Assembly (NCBI GenBank): GCA_964016885.1
Contig: OZ024742.1
Location: forward strand, 249,922,001-249,986,000
Source of the DNA: Eledone cirrhosa
Lineage: Eukaryota
Direction: 5' to 3'
Length of the DNA stretch: 64,000 bases
Shown: one piece after another, positions 13,854 to 26,883 of the stretch
Position numbering within the stretch: the stretch's first letter is position 1
Layout: the number at the start of each line of letters is the position of its first letter
Position numbers and translations under genes: made by a program
The notes under the pieces: generated by a model
Database searches by the model: none
Told to the model about the DNA's origin: nothing
Seen by the model: the letters and a program-made list of their open reading frames with translations, nothing else

Positions 13854-14272
13854 TATATATGTAGCTGAGTGTGTTTGTTTATTATACACTCATAACTTTA
13901 TTCTATAAATAATCATTTTAACCTCTATAAATACTGATTTGTAGGCGATTAGTTCTTAATAATTAAAAATCCTCCTACTGATTGATACATTATTACTAAT
14001 CCTACTGATTGATACATTATTACTAAATAAAGCTTTTTTACTCTCGTCTGCCTTCCTTTTTCTTCTCTATCTTTAAAATATCTTGTCTTTAAAATTACTG
14101 TCTTCTATTGAAGGTCTAATATCCGAAATTTCAAGAATCTTTTCCAACTGCAGCAAGCATTAAACTAATATACAATCATTGTATTGTTCTCCTGTGTTGG
14201 TTTTCCTTTTTTACTTTTTCCTCATATATGGAGCAATTATGTATGTATGTATATATGTATATATGTATATAT

Positions 14273-14830
14273 GTCAGGTCGCTTTCAAGTGCGACTGGTA
14301 ACATGTAACCCAGTATAACCTGTCTCATGGTCGGGTCGTCTGCGACTAAACCGGCAGCCCCACCAAGCTAGCCTCGTGATGAGGGTGATATATCGACACC
14401 CTGAAATACAAGGGTGATATTTGGACACCTTGAAATACAAGACCCGGAAAAGGGCGGGGGAACTCAGCAGTCAACAGCCATCCAAATAGTACGTTTTGTT
14501 TTTGTTTTGTTTTTCACCTGGGAGTGAAAGGCCCCCAATAGTTGTCACAACACCTTTCTAGGAGAAGAACATTTCTGAAAAAATAACCTGCGGCTTCGGA
14601 AGCATCCGATGATGTTGACTAGTTCTCCTTTTCATGTAATGTTTTCTATGCTCAGAGAGTGGGCTTGGTCGAATGCAAGGCCTTTCCCGACTTAAAAAAC
14701 TTCAAAGCACAGGCATTGCATATTCAGGATATATTACAGGTTCGTGTGGCTGGCTGGAGCCTAAAAGTGCACCAAACTCTATAATCCTCCAAGCAATTGC
14801 AGTATTCTTAGAAGAGTTTGCAGCCATCAT
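14273..14830 (+). mobile_element. Diverged RTE-derived bipartite element
   Basis: Shares 5' actggtaacatgt..cctgtctcatggtcgggtcg and 3' gagtt(t)ggcagcca.cat with 15021-15604. Confidence 0.6.
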
Positions 14831-15020
14831 GTAGGTATGCATTTATCTATTTATGTATGTATGTATCTATGTATGTATGAATGTATATATGTGTGTATGT
14901 ATTTGTATGTACGTATGTATATATATATATGTGTGTGTGTGTGCGTGTATAGATATGCATAAATATATGTATGTATGCGTGTATATATGTATATATGTTT
15001 ATAGGTATATATTTATGTAT

Positions 15021-15604
15021 GTCACCAGTTGGTGTTACTGGTAACATGTATCCCAGTACAACCTGTCTCATGGTGGGGTCGTTGGCGACTAAACTGGCAA
15101 CCCCACCAAGGTTTCTTGGCGAGGAGGGTGTCTTTGGACATCTTGCAGGACTAAAAACAAAACCTGTCAAAGGGCAAAGGAGCTCTTAAGAGTCAATGGC
15201 CATCCAAAATCACCGGGAGAGATGACCCCTTAGCCTTTGTCAAGGCAGAATTCTAAGAGAAGGAAAACTCTGATATAACACCTGCAACCCAGATGGTATC
15301 CAATGATGTTGACTTGTTCTTCTTTTTGGTAAATATCATCTTGGTTAAGAGAGTGGGACTGGCTTTGTGCAGTGCCTTTGCTCACTATAAAAGCTTCACG
15401 CCACAGGCATTGCTTTATATCTGGAGATCTCTCTGCACTTGTCGTCACATGGTACAATGGGCCCAGCACTATGTGTCAATAATTGTCACAAGTGTAGTGT
15501 TTGTACCAGAGTTTTCAAGTCGCTGGCTGGACTAAAAAGTCACACTCGTTCAGCGCATCGGTAGGGGTTCTCCTACATGGATATAAACGAGTTGGCAGCC
15601 GCCA
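15021..15604 (+). mobile_element. RTE-derived non-autonomous bipartite retroelement
   Basis: 3' part encodes [23 protein letters not shown] (C2H2 finger of the kind at RTE ORF C-termini); structured 5' UTR; close copies at 49003-49594 (+) and 36176-36588 (-). Confidence 0.7.
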
Positions 15605-16146
15605 TGTATGTATGTATACATGAATGTATGCATATATGTATGTATATACGAATGCATGTATGTATGTAGGTAGGTATATATATATTAAATATATGTATGC
15701 ATGCATATATATATGAATGTATGTATGTATGTATGTATGTATGTATGTATGTATGTATGTATGTATGTATGTATGTATGTATGTATGTATGTGTTTTTTA
15801 TGTATGTATGTATCGATAATATATCCCTGGCGGCTAATTTGCAAATTGGTTAGAACGTCGGTATTTGTTCCGATTCCCTGAGAACCCAGTTAAAATCCCT
15901 GCGTGGGACAACTTTGCCTCTCATCCTTACTTCCTAATACGCACCTGTCCAGGTATGGCGTATAAGTGGAATTGTTAGAATCGGTTAGGATGCTCCATGG
16001 TATCTCATCTTTCTCTGTGCGTTCAAATACACATTTCTTATGGCAGGAGTTGTGACCGACAGATCGTATCAGAAATGGAAAATCTAAAAATGATATCATT
16101 TCCTTGTTTAGGTCTGATGATCTGCTCCTTTCCTTTTTTAAATATA

Positions 16147-16570
16147 CTAGCAGAAAACCACCCAGAACACCAGCAGAAAACAAGACGATACTATATATAA
16201 ACTGCATATATGATAAACTAAATAGAATGTTATGAAAATCAAAAAGGAAAAAATTAGCGACGGAAATATAAACCTTATATAACGATGCAAATATATGAAC
16301 GTTTATATAAGCGATGTGATGAGTGTTATCATATAACGGACGCTAACCGGAAGTGTTGACATTTGAGAATTTTAAAGAAGTGAATGTTAAAATGAGCAAT
16401 ACTTTATATATAAAAATATTTATGCTTAATTAAGAGCTACGAAATTTAGTAGATAAATTCCATAATATTCATCAATTATTTATTCAATGTAATCCAACTT
16501 ATTTTACTAACGGTATAAAAAAATATTAAACGGACGCTGTCCCGCACTCCTCCCTTTATTATATTATAGA
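16147..16570 (-). mobile_element. Non-autonomous Helitron (second family)
   Basis: Minus strand begins A|TCTATAATATAATAAAGGGAGG and ends TTTTCTGCTAG|T; A/T target without TSD. Confidence 0.65.
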
Positions 16571-17094
16571 TTTCTAGATATATCAGGTCTTGAAAAAAGT
16601 TGATATGATGACTGCCTTGAAGGTGGTAAATCATAGATTTGCTGCATCACAGTTTGACATATTCACTAAACAATGATATTAACAACATACCAAGAAGATT
16701 TGCGTTGTTACAATAGAAGAATGGAACATCACCTAAGAAAACCAGGTTAATAAACAGATCATTAGAGGGGTCAATAGTGTTGAGGGAGTTATAGATTTCT
16801 ATGAAATTGTAAAGTTAATTTATGAGGCGAAAACTGGTTGATTCAAGAATTATACTAAGATGATTCCATTTATGGCTACCACTACGTATTCATTTCGTGA
16901 AAATATATCTATGGTTATATATGTATGTAACACACAAAGAGACACACACAAACACAAACACACTAACACACACAGATGACCGACCATAATGTAGTCCGCA
17001 CTTCCTTGGTCGGTTAACACCATATTCTCACTTTCTGTCTCACTCTCTGTCTCTCTCTCTCTTTCTCTCTTTCTCTCTTTCTCTCTCTCTTTCT

Positions 17095-17204
<110 letters not shown>

Positions 17205-17257
17205 AAAGTGAGGTTCTTTTACAAAATGAAAAATAACCGAGGTGTCCTACACGAGTG

Positions 17258-17482
17258 AAATATAAAGAAAAAAAGATGAAATCGAAAATGCAACTAGAGT
17301 CTTATTTTTAAAAATATATATATATTTATTTGGATGTGAGAAAAACCACAGACCCTCCATCTCAACTCTGCTTTTGAAAAGCAGAAGAACTGCGAAAACG
17401 GTAAAGGTACCAAATGAATATATATATATTTTTTTAAATAAGACTCCAGTTGCATTTTCGATTTCATCTTTTTTTCTTTATA
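17258..17482. repeat. Fold-back element with a U3:A8 HHR motif in the loop (17371-17406, +)
   Basis: Arms aaagaaaaaaagatgaaatcgaaaatgcaactagagtcttattt / aaataagactccagttgcattttcgatttcatctt; loop ctt-TTGAAAA-gcag aagaa ctgc-GAAA-acgg-TA-aag. Confidence 0.65.
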
Positions 17483-17549
17483 TATATATATATATCGTTT
17501 CTGAATTTGTTTAGCAAGATTCTTTATCTGAAAACGTGTGTTGAAACCG

Positions 17550-18078
17550 ATATTATTATACTTTGGGAGGGTCATGTTGCCAATAAGAAACACACGCACC
17601 AGTTGCTTTCACTCCAATTTATTATAAATTAAATTATAAATTAAAACATTTATAAATATCCGGTTGGTTGGTTGGTTCCACAACCGGACGGTTGTTCATA
17701 TATTGTCAAAGTTCTTTCGTCACACATTTTGTGACCTCTTCACTAACTGTGGATTATTTTCTTTGTTTTGTGCCTCTCCTTTGTTCTGTCCTACGCCATT
17801 TGGTTTTTCTCAACACACACAAAAGCAAGATGGCGTAGGAGAGAACAAAGGAGAGGCACAAAACAAACAAAAAAATCCTCAGTCACTGAAGAGGGCACAG
17901 AATGTGTGACGAACGAACTTTGACAATATATGAACAACCGTCCGGTTGTGGAACCAACCAACCAACCGGAAATTTATAAATGTTTAAATTTATAATTTAA
18001 TTTATAATAAATTGGAGTGAAAGCATTGATGCATGTGTTTCTTTTTGGCAACATGACCCTCCCAAAGTATAACAATAT
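17550..18078. mobile_element. ~520-bp palindromic element with an HHR in each arm
   Basis: ~250-bp inverted arms around ~17810; HHR + 17882-17924, HHR - 17705-17747; homologue at 36940-37400, fragment near 60520-60690. Confidence 0.8.
17882..17924 (+). ncRNA. Type I hammerhead ribozyme
   Basis: gtca-CTGAAGA-gggcacagaatgtgtgac-GAAC-gaac-TT-tgac; the other three copies have GAAA; stem I gtca/tgac. Confidence 0.65.
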
Positions 18079-18133
18079 ATATATATATATAGTGCTCAAC
18101 CGGCATACCGCCTATGGACCAAACAACCTTACT

Positions 18134-18236
<103 letters not shown>

Positions 18237-18298
18237 CATAGAGAAATAAATAAACAAATAGATATCTTAAATAGATAGATAGATATATAGATAGATAT

Positions 18299-20317
18299 GT
18301 TTCTTTTATTTGCCACTAGGGCATCAAAAGTGGGACAAGTACAAAGGGGGGAGTTTACACAAAAAGGCGTCCTCAATAAGGAGGAGGCAATAACAAAATA
18401 TAAAAATAAAATAAGATATATCAAAAAATAAAATTTATAACAAAATCCTCAATAGAGAGGAGGGGCCTTGGGGGGTCGCACACACCCCCGAAAAAAGTGT
18501 GCAACCCTTTTCCTCAGGAGCACACGAAATGATATCGGAAGAAACGGACCAGTTGTTGGCCAGAGAGAAAGGTGCCTGACCTCAGTCCTTTCAGACGCGT
18601 CCACCATACAACCTCTTTCGCCATGGCTATTACGCACAGAAACACCGCCTCTGCTTCATCTTTGAAGGGGGGAGGCGGCTTGATCATTACAATAGACTCG
18701 GTGGTCAACCGGATCGGTCCCACCCTTGACAGCAGTTGTTCGACATAGCCCCACAGATCGGCTACGCCCGAGCAGTGTACCAATGCGTGTGCAACGGTTT
18801 CCTCGTCGCACACGCATCTGGGACAGATCTTTTTGGCGGGGTCCCTACCCGGGCGCCCGTGTCTGTAGAGCCTTTCTCGAACGGGTAAAGCCCCTCGGTA
18901 GCACTGCCAGGCCAGGGACTTCTGGAAGTTGACCATAGGTCCCGGGCTGAATGTCCTACCGAACAGGCTGGCCAGTTCGTCCTCCTCCATGTCTAGGGCT
19001 TCTCCGAGGGCGTCGTCGCACCTGCTGCGTACCAGCCCTCTATAGAATGTTGCGGTGGAGTCTCCACTGATAACCGGATCCGCCTGCCAGAGGGCGGTGA
19101 GCGCCTGGGCACACTCAGTGTGCCAGGCGCCCAGTTTTCTCGGTCTTTGCTTGACCCAGGATTGCAGCTCGGTGAGTGAGACGAGTCTGGGAAAGGTTCG
19201 TCTCACAAACGAGGCCCACACCGGTTGTCCGGTGAGGAATACGTAGAGGTGCCGTAGCCTTAATGCGTGTTTACGCATCATTAGCCACGGCATCCCCAGC
19301 CCTCCTTTCGAAGGGTGTTGACAGCAGATGGATCTCCTCACCATAGGAGCCCGCCTCTTCCAAAGGAATTGGAAGAGCGCGCGCTCCATCTTGGTGAGGG
19401 TTTCCCTTGGGCAGGGCACTACGGTCAGGCGGTAGTAGATGACGGACGCTATGTAGGTGTTCGCCACCTCCGCCCGACCTTTCGGGGATAGTTTGCAACT
19501 GGCCCACTTCTGGGTCAGTGCAAACACCCTGTTCGTAACCTCCGCCCAGTTTTTCTCCACCTGGAGGTCCGGTCCGAACCAGACCCCGAGCAACTTCACC
19601 GGGCCCTCCGTCCAGCGTCCGACGACGCCATCGGAGGGCATCGGTCTGCCTCTCCACGTGCCGAGTTGCAAACCGATCGACTTGTCCCGGTTCAGCTTAG
19701 CCCCTGTGAACTTTTCGTACTCCTCCAGTAAGGTGGCGACCGCCTCGATTTCGGAGGCCGTCGACACCATTACTGTCACGTCATCGGCGTAGGCTGACAC
19801 CGCTTTCCGCAATCCCGGTTCCAAAGGGATACCCTGCAACAACTCCAACTTCCGCAGTAGTGGCTCGAGAGTCAACACATACAGAAGGGAGGAGAGAGGG
19901 CACCCTTGTCGGATGGACCGCGCGATTTTGAACGGCTCCGAGAGGTAGCCGTTCACCTTGACCCTAGAGCAGATGCGGCTGCTGTGCATAGCAGTGATCC
20001 AGCCCCTGAAAACGGGTCCGAAGCCTGCCGCCGCTAGCACCGCATCCAGGTAACCATGGTCGACCCTATCGAACGCCTTAGATTGATCCAAGTTGATCAG
20101 AGCCCCACCAAAGCCGGGTTCGTTCCCAACCCTCTCTATGATGTATCGCATGAGGTGGAGGTTGTCATGGATGGACCTGGACGGGATAGCGCATGTCTGC
20201 GCATCTCCCACCAGGTTGCCCACGACAAGCGCCAACCTCTTTGCTAGCACCTTGGCCAAAATCTGTAACTCTGTATTTAGCAGAGTTATGGGCCTGAAGT
20301 TTCTTATTTCGTCCCCA
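18299..20317 (-). mobile_element. 5'-truncated Tx1/L1-clade non-LTR retrotransposon inserted in (TCTA)n
   Basis: RT motifs plus 3' UTR ending ggcaaataaaagaaa; (GATA)n on both flanks. Confidence 0.9.
18514..20316 (-). CDS. Tx1/L1-type ORF2 fragment: reverse transcriptase and C-terminal zinc-binding domain
   Basis: NFRPITLLNTELQILAKVLAKRL, LDQSKAFDRVDH, SIRQGCPLS, AYADD, GGLG, CPRC..EETVAHALVHC; the ORF-track N-terminus (YLSI repeats) is microsatellite. Confidence 0.92.
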   Translation of the reverse strand, partial: GDEIRNFRPITLLNTELQILAKVLAKRLALVVGNLVGDAQTCAIPSRSIHDNLHLMRYIIERVGNEPGFGGALINLDQSKAFDRVDHGYLDAVLAAAGFGPVFRGWITAMHSSRICSRVKVNGYLSEPFKIARSIRQGCPLSSLLYVLTLEPLLRKLELLQGIPLEPGLRKAVSAYADDVTVMVSTASEIEAVATLLEEYEKFTGAKLNRDKSIGLQLGTWRGRPMPSDGVVGRWTEGPVKLLGVWFGPDLQVEKNWAEVTNRVFALTQKWASCKLSPKGRAEVANTYIASVIYYRLTVVPCPRETLTKMERALFQFLWKRRAPMVRRSICCQHPSKGGLGMPWLMMRKHALRLRHLYVFLTGQPVWASFVRRTFPRLVSLTELQSWVKQRPRKLGAWHTECAQALTALWQADPVISGDSTATFYRGLVRSRCDDALGEALDMEEDELASLFGRTFSPGPMVNFQKSLAWQCYRGALPVRERLYRHGRPGRDPAKKICPRCVCDEETVAHALVHCSGVADLWGYVEQLLSRVGPIRLTTESIVMIKPPPPFKDEAEAVFLCVIAMAKEVVWWTRLKGLRSGTFLSGQQLVRFFRYHFVCS

Positions 20318-20320
20318 TAT

Positions 20321-20415
<95 letters not shown>

Positions 20416-20448
20416 GATATATATATAGAGAGAGAGATAGATAGATAG

Positions 20449-20538
<90 letters not shown>

Positions 20539-21405
20539 CGTAGATAGATAGATAGATAAAAATGCATACACGTACTTATGTGTGTGCGCGCTTGTATATG
20601 CCTGTATATGTATGTCTGTATGTTTGTATATGCATTCGAGTAGTTGTGCTAGATTCACTGACATGCCGCATCACAGTAATTTTAAAATGAATCAGCTCTA
20701 CTCTCGTATTTATACACGAAATAGTTTTGCAACTAGAAAGAAAACTAAACACCATTTTCACGTGATTGGTGTCTGTTCATGTATGTAGAAAAAACACAAC
20801 TTCAATCAGTGTGTATATAACTAAAGAGCTGGTAGGTGGGAGTAGGGTGTAGACGGCTAGAAGTTTGTGGAAGTGGGGAATGGTCGTAGAACTCAACCAC
20901 CAGCACTGCGGCGGTGGTGTATATCACAGTGGGATGGCTGACATATTTAACACAAGATGGACGGCCAATATATAGAACAGGGCGGTAGTGTTGACTGCAG
21001 GGCGATGGCAGTGGCGGTGTTTGTCAGAATATCAAAAGAATTGAAATACATTTTAAGGAGAGAGGAGAAAAAGAGGATGGTACGTACGAAGGAAATAAAT
21101 AAATAAATAAAGAAAGAAAGAAAGAAATAAAGAAAGAAAGAAAGAAAGAAGGAAAGAAAGAAAGAAAGAAAGAAAGAGCGAAAGAAAGAAGAAGAAGAAG
21201 AAGAAGAAGAAGAAGAAGAAGAAGAAGAAGAAGAAGAAGAAGAAGAAGAAGAAGAAGAAGAAGAAGAAGAAGAAGAAGAAGAAGAAATAGTTAAGGTTGG
21301 GCCAGAAGGAAGAGGAAGTAGAAAGTGGGAAAAAAAGGAGTATAAGAAGGGAAAACAAAATATTTTCACAACATGTAGGGGTGAGAAAGCTAAATTGAAA
21401 AACAC

Positions 21406-21446
<41 letters not shown>

Positions 21447-21599
21447 ACAAGGAGAAAAAGAAGATTATTAGGAAGAAAAATATATTTTTTTCCCTTTTTA
21501 TTTATTTTTCTCTTTTTTCTGGGTTAGAAAATGATTAAAACGAAATATTTTACTTTGTGTGAAGTGTTAAGGTATTAGTTGATTTATTTATTAATTAAC

Positions 21600-22336
21600 A
21601 ATGGCATTTATTTATTTATTTATATATTTAATAATTGTCTATTACCGGTTTCAGCATTTTTATGCATTATCAAATGATAATAATATGTATTGGTGTAGAA
21701 TGGTGGTGTTTGACATGTTAAAGAAATTGTGCAGAAAGAATAATGTTATTTACAAACAAGGTTTACGAAGTGTAAATAAAAAATAAATAAATAAAATAAA
21801 GGACGCATAATAAGCCAATGTGAAAGAATAAAATAATGTTATTTACCGGCATAGTTCTTGAGGATAAGCAAACCAAAATGTGTTAATATAGCAAGAGTGC
21901 TTAGTTGATCCATGATGGAGGCAAATGGTGGACTGGGGTTTGATATGATTTCCCTTTTTAGAGAGTTAATATGCAAGGGGAGGTAATTCATGCTGGATGA
22001 TATTTAATTTATTTAAGAAAAAGGATTAGGTAGGGTGTAAGGGAGGTGACTCTTAAGAGAGACATGTATTTGTAAATGTTTGATCGTTCGTTCCAGTTTT
22101 AGTTTAGTCCGAAGTTTAGTGCATTAAGTAGGGGTTGGAATTTGTTAATGAAATACGTTTCCTTATTGGTACGATGGATGAAAGTAGTGTTGTCTATGTA
22201 TTTGTAAATGGGGAAAATTTTAAAGTTTGGATGTTGTTTGGGTGCACAATTGGCGATATGTTCACTAAATCCAAACTTTCTGTATTCCTGTATTTTGATT
22301 TGTGATTTATGGACGGTCATACGTTGTCGGAGATTG
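21600..22336 (-). mobile_element. Penelope-like element 3' remnant (GIY-YIG C-terminus, 3' UTR, HHR-like motif at 21637-21680)
   Basis: RMTVHKSQI..SEHIANCA..FKIFPIYK..RTNKETYFINKFQPLLN; downstream TTGATAA-tgcat aaaa atgct-GAAA-ccgg-TA. Confidence 0.7.
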
Positions 22337-22412
22337 TTTTATATATATAGATATATATATATAATGTATAATAAACAATACAATATAATTACTTCATTAC
22401 CAGAGGTTTCAC

Positions 22413-22483
<71 letters not shown>

Positions 22484-22486
<3 letters not shown>

Positions 22487-24278
22487 TTTAGGTCGTTTTG
22501 GAAGCCTCAACAATGCTGATGGGTAATTCTCCGGGTAACGAGATCCGATGGTGAAGAGAGAGATGTAAGTGAATGTAGAATGAGATGTATAATGTGTAGA
22601 AGAACGTAGGAAAGAGCGTAAAAAATAAAAATAATAACACGAGATAGAGTTACATTGGGAGAGATTTAATTGACCCTATATATTTCGGATTCACATCCAT
22701 CAACTGGGTTTTTTTATTTTACCGGGGCGGGGGGTATCTGTCGGAAAGGTGCGAAACGTGTCCCCCGCTGTACGTTGTTTTGAATATTTGAGGTATTCAG
22801 CAGAGCCCGCGCGCGCGCTAAATGGAGTCGGTTAAGTATTGGTCGGCGGCTGAAATAGTTCTTTTAATTGTGGTAGTGGGGTGGCGTTAGCTGTCAATCC
22901 ATTGTATTATCTGCCCGTGCGGGTTTCTGTATGAGCAGTGTTGAATAGTGTGTGTGGCGGTAGTATTCTTTGCCTGTTTGTTGAATGCTACTGTGTGAGT
23001 GTGTGCGTGTGTTGTTGTCTCGCTTGTGTGTGTGTGTGTGTGTGTGTTGTTGCCTCGTTTGTCTGTATTAGCAGTGTTGTATATTCGTATGGTGGAATGC
23101 TACTCTGTGCGTGTGTGTGTGCGTGTGTTGTTGTCTCGCTTGTGTGTGTGTGCGTGTGTTGTTGCCTCGTTTGTTTATTTAAACCAACCACCTCATTTCG
23201 CTTCTCTCGGATCGGTTATTTATTTATAGCGTTAGGCGTTTGATCCAAAGTGCTACCTTGATTCGTAATGTGCCGATGTTTCTTTCCGTCGCTAGAACTG
23301 TGACAATGGGCTTTCCGTCTCTGTTTCCGCATTTGGTTATGTGTTTCCGGAAAAACGAGACCCTGGTGTTGATGAGCTCCTTGATCCAGATGTGTAGCGG
23401 CCGGATTATGCTACCTATATAGTAGTGGTTGCACTTGTTACATTCTACCTTATACACGACGTATGTGCGTAGGCAACAGTTCGTATGGCGCATCGGGCAG
23501 TTATGAGGGACCACGCGTCAGTCGATTTCCCGGGTTTCCTGGAGAGGCATCTTCGCAGGGAGGGACCCGAGTGGACCAGGTGGATGTCGAGGCCCTCCCT
23601 CCGTATAGCCTTGCGGATAGCGTTGGTGGTATTCTCGCCCAGGTGTGGTATTTAAAGGAAGCACTTGCCTTGGGCGTTTCTCTGCCTCTTGCGTCTGGTG
23701 TCTCTTATTCTGTTTGTGAGTGAGGCAAGGTACCCGTTCGTCTCCAGCACTTTGAGGAATCTCTTGGTACTGGTGACACCACTCGCGGGATCGCTGCATC
23801 TGTTTTTAATTCGCGTGATCTCTTTTAGCACTGTTAGGGAAGGCGGACTTGTATTGGACGAGCAGGTCCCTGCAGGCTACCTTGCGGTAGAAGTTGGAGT
23901 GGATCCCTCCCTGTTCCGTGATGTTGATTCGGAATTCGAGGAGGGCAAGAGACCCGTCGTCGCTGTGGTGTTCAACACTGAAATCAATGTTCTCCGTCGT
24001 GTTGTTGAACGTCTCATAGATTCTGTTCGCCATCTCTTGGGAAGATGTGAGGATGAGGATATCGTCCACGTACCTTCAGAAAAAAAATTAAATTAAATCT
24101 CTCCCAATGTAACTCTATCTCGTGTTATTATTATTATCTTTTACGCTCTTTCCTACTTTCTTCTACACACTATACATCTCATTCTACATTCACTTACATC
24201 TCTCTCTTCACCATCGGATCTCGTTACCCGCAGAATTACTCATCTGCATTGTTGAGGCTTCCAAAACGACCTAAAGAA
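22484..24278 (-). mobile_element. 5'-truncated Penelope-like element with inverted pseudo-LTR
   Basis: RT remnant YVDDILIL..FSVEH..LALLE..FYRK; GIY-YIG VVYKVECNKCNHYYIGSIIRPLH; arms 22484-22671 and 24091-24278 are inverted copies. Confidence 0.88.
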
Positions 24279-24325
24279 AATATATCTTATTATTCCACAA
24301 TGCTTCAAGCAAACTTCAATACTCT

Positions 24326-24406
<81 letters not shown>

Positions 24407-24411
24407 AGTAT

Positions 24412-24468
<57 letters not shown>

Positions 24469-24474
24469 TATATA

Positions 24475-25185
24475 TTGGTCAGACCTGGCTTACCTCCTGC
24501 ATTACCACCGTGGACGGCGAGGGAGACGCGCTGAAGTTGTCATACGATCACACGGGGTTGACAACTGTGAGCGGCCAACTCCGCTGTGATAGCACTGAGT
24601 AGTGATGTGGTCCGGAGGCCAAGAATGCCGAAAGTCTCCATTGCTACAGGCTCTGCCACAAACGTATGTGTGTGTGCCCGATACTTCGACAGTTTGCCGT
24701 CTTAGGATTGGTGAACACTTGATACTGGGCTAGTAGCCGATCGCACACAGTTATCACTTGAGTAGGTGTCACAGCAGGTGGCATCCCAGATGAGGGGCCT
24801 TCCTCTGCGGAACGGGAAGATTATCATGCCGTCTAGCCTTTTACCCTCCCCTGGGTCCAGCCCTACTGTGACGGGCTGGGAAGGGAAGTCTCTCGTTGAG
24901 AGCAGCATGGCGTGGGAGACGACCAGCACAGTAACGGCATGACAGTGGGGGAAAGACCGAAAGGATCCACAGTGGTACCTCAGCAGCATTTTTACAGGCT
25001 AAACAAATGCGGAGGCCGAGGCTAAGGGAAACACCAATGTGCAAGCAGTCACTCTCCAACTGAGTGCCGGTGGCGAATGAGGGAACTCCGTTAAGCAAAG
25101 CATCAGGCTAGACGGTGCTGGTGAACCGGGACATCAGCCCGTCTAAAATCCAATTCCAAAGGATGACGTCCCATTTCTTTTGGCT
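24475..25185 (-). mobile_element. CRE-like non-LTR retrotransposon 3' fragment (zinc knuckle and restriction-like endonuclease)
   Basis: LGLRIC..C..PLSCRYCAGRLPRHAALN, GKRLDGMIIFPFRRGRPLIWDATCCDTY, KYR..PVAMETFGILG. Confidence 0.75.
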
Positions 25186-25227
25186 AAAAATTTATAAAAT
25201 TATGAAACCTGAAGAACATACATACAT

Positions 25228-25418
25228 GATGGCTGCCCACTCGTTAACGAGTATGGCCATTGCACAATATACCATTATTAATAATTATTAATGGATTGGC
25301 AGTATCGGTAGAGGGTCGGACATGCTTACCAAGGTAAGAATGTGCACTGAGCCAATCCCACTCTCTGAGCGACAGTATCTATAACCCGAAAAGAAAAGAT
25401 CAACATCATCGGTAACTA
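25228..25418 (-). mobile_element. Diverged fragment of the RTE-derived family
   Basis: atggctgcccactcgt.. and gatcaacatcatcggtaac match the family; contains a short SINE piece. Confidence 0.5.
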
Positions 25419-25889
25419 CATACATACATTCATACATACATACATACATACATACATACATACATACATACATACATACAAACACGACTAGTTCGGAAAT
25501 TACAAGTACAATCCATTAATGGAACAGTAAAAATATGTAAAACATTCCAAAAATTCTGCATCTAATAACTGTATATACACTTGTACAGATACAAAGCATA
25601 TGCACATGCACACATACAATTCAAAACATACGCATTCACACATACAATAACATCCATACCTGCACACACATGCATGCAGACATGCAGACATATCTAACTA
25701 GTTGATGTTGTGTAAATTCCATATGAGAGAGTCTTGTATCTATGTTAGAAACCGACTCTCTCTCTATTGGTAGAAATTATAAAACCAGAAGAATATACAT
25801 ACATACATACATATATATACTCATATATGAAGAAACATTAATGTAGAAGACATGATGTTTATAGAGTAAATTGTTTATAGATGATCAGT

Positions 25890-26075
25890 CATTGGCAGTA
25901 TCGGTAGAGGGACGGACACCAATCTTTGACGCATAGAGTTACGGCCCTTTCCATTCTGAGTTCAAATCCCGCCGAGGTTAACGTTGCCTTTCATCCTTAC
26001 GCGGTCGATAACATAAAGTACCAGTAATACACTGTGATAATTGGTGGCCTTGTGTCAAAAGTAGAAACAATTATA
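25890..26075 (+). mobile_element. tRNA-derived SINE copy
   Basis: Same family motifs. Confidence 0.8.
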
Positions 26076-26225
26076 TTTTTAGTGGATCAATTAAAAACTA
26101 ATGCAAAAAATAATACACGTAAAGAGAAAATGCAATAACATACATGCATGAATACATGCGTGTGTGTGTGTGTGTGCGTGTGTGTGTGTGTGTGTGTGCG
26201 TGCGTGCATATATATATATATATAT

Positions 26226-26421
26226 AGAAACAAGTAAGACTCCGACGGCTGAGCTCAAGCCGTTTCGACGGCTATTTCTGGACTCAGTCCAGAATTAGCC
26301 GTCGAAACGGCTTGAGCTCAGCCGTCGGGGTTTACTTGTTCCTATTACCCACTCTACTACCCTAAGTATTGAGTACTTTTGTGCGTTATGGTCCAGCTGG
26401 TTCCTTACCACATTTCCTTCG

Positions 26422-26470
<49 letters not shown>

Positions 26471-26516
26471 CCGTCGAAACGGCTTGAGCTCAGCCGTCGG
26501 GGTCCTACTTGTTCCT
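26226..26516. mobile_element. Short GC-rich fold-back family (gacggctgagctcaagccgtttcgacggct); copies at 38310-38383, 42718-42800, 47473-47548, 48070-48252, 48868-49001, 55030-55180
   Basis: Recurrent ~150-bp unit, always in (TA)n, folding back at about the same point. Confidence 0.75.
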
Positions 26517-26778
26517 ATATATATATTCGATAGTCGGCTTAAAAGTTCATAGGCTGACCGAGATATTCATATGGAATGAACAAATGTGGGGTTTATATTT
26601 TTCAACATAGTGCATGGAAAGAAACAATGCACTTATTTATAAGGAGAGTTGAAATTGATGCAGTTCTAGCATTACAGTTCTAGCATCACACAGTTATAAA
26701 CAACCTATGATCTTTTCAGCCGTACCTCACACACACACACACACATGCATATATACATATGCATGTGTGTGCGTGTGT

Positions 26779-26883
<105 letters not shown>

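Noticed and set aside
20317-20664. N-terminal part of the 716-aa ORF
   Set aside because: Translation of (TCTA)n and flank, not part of the retroelement protein
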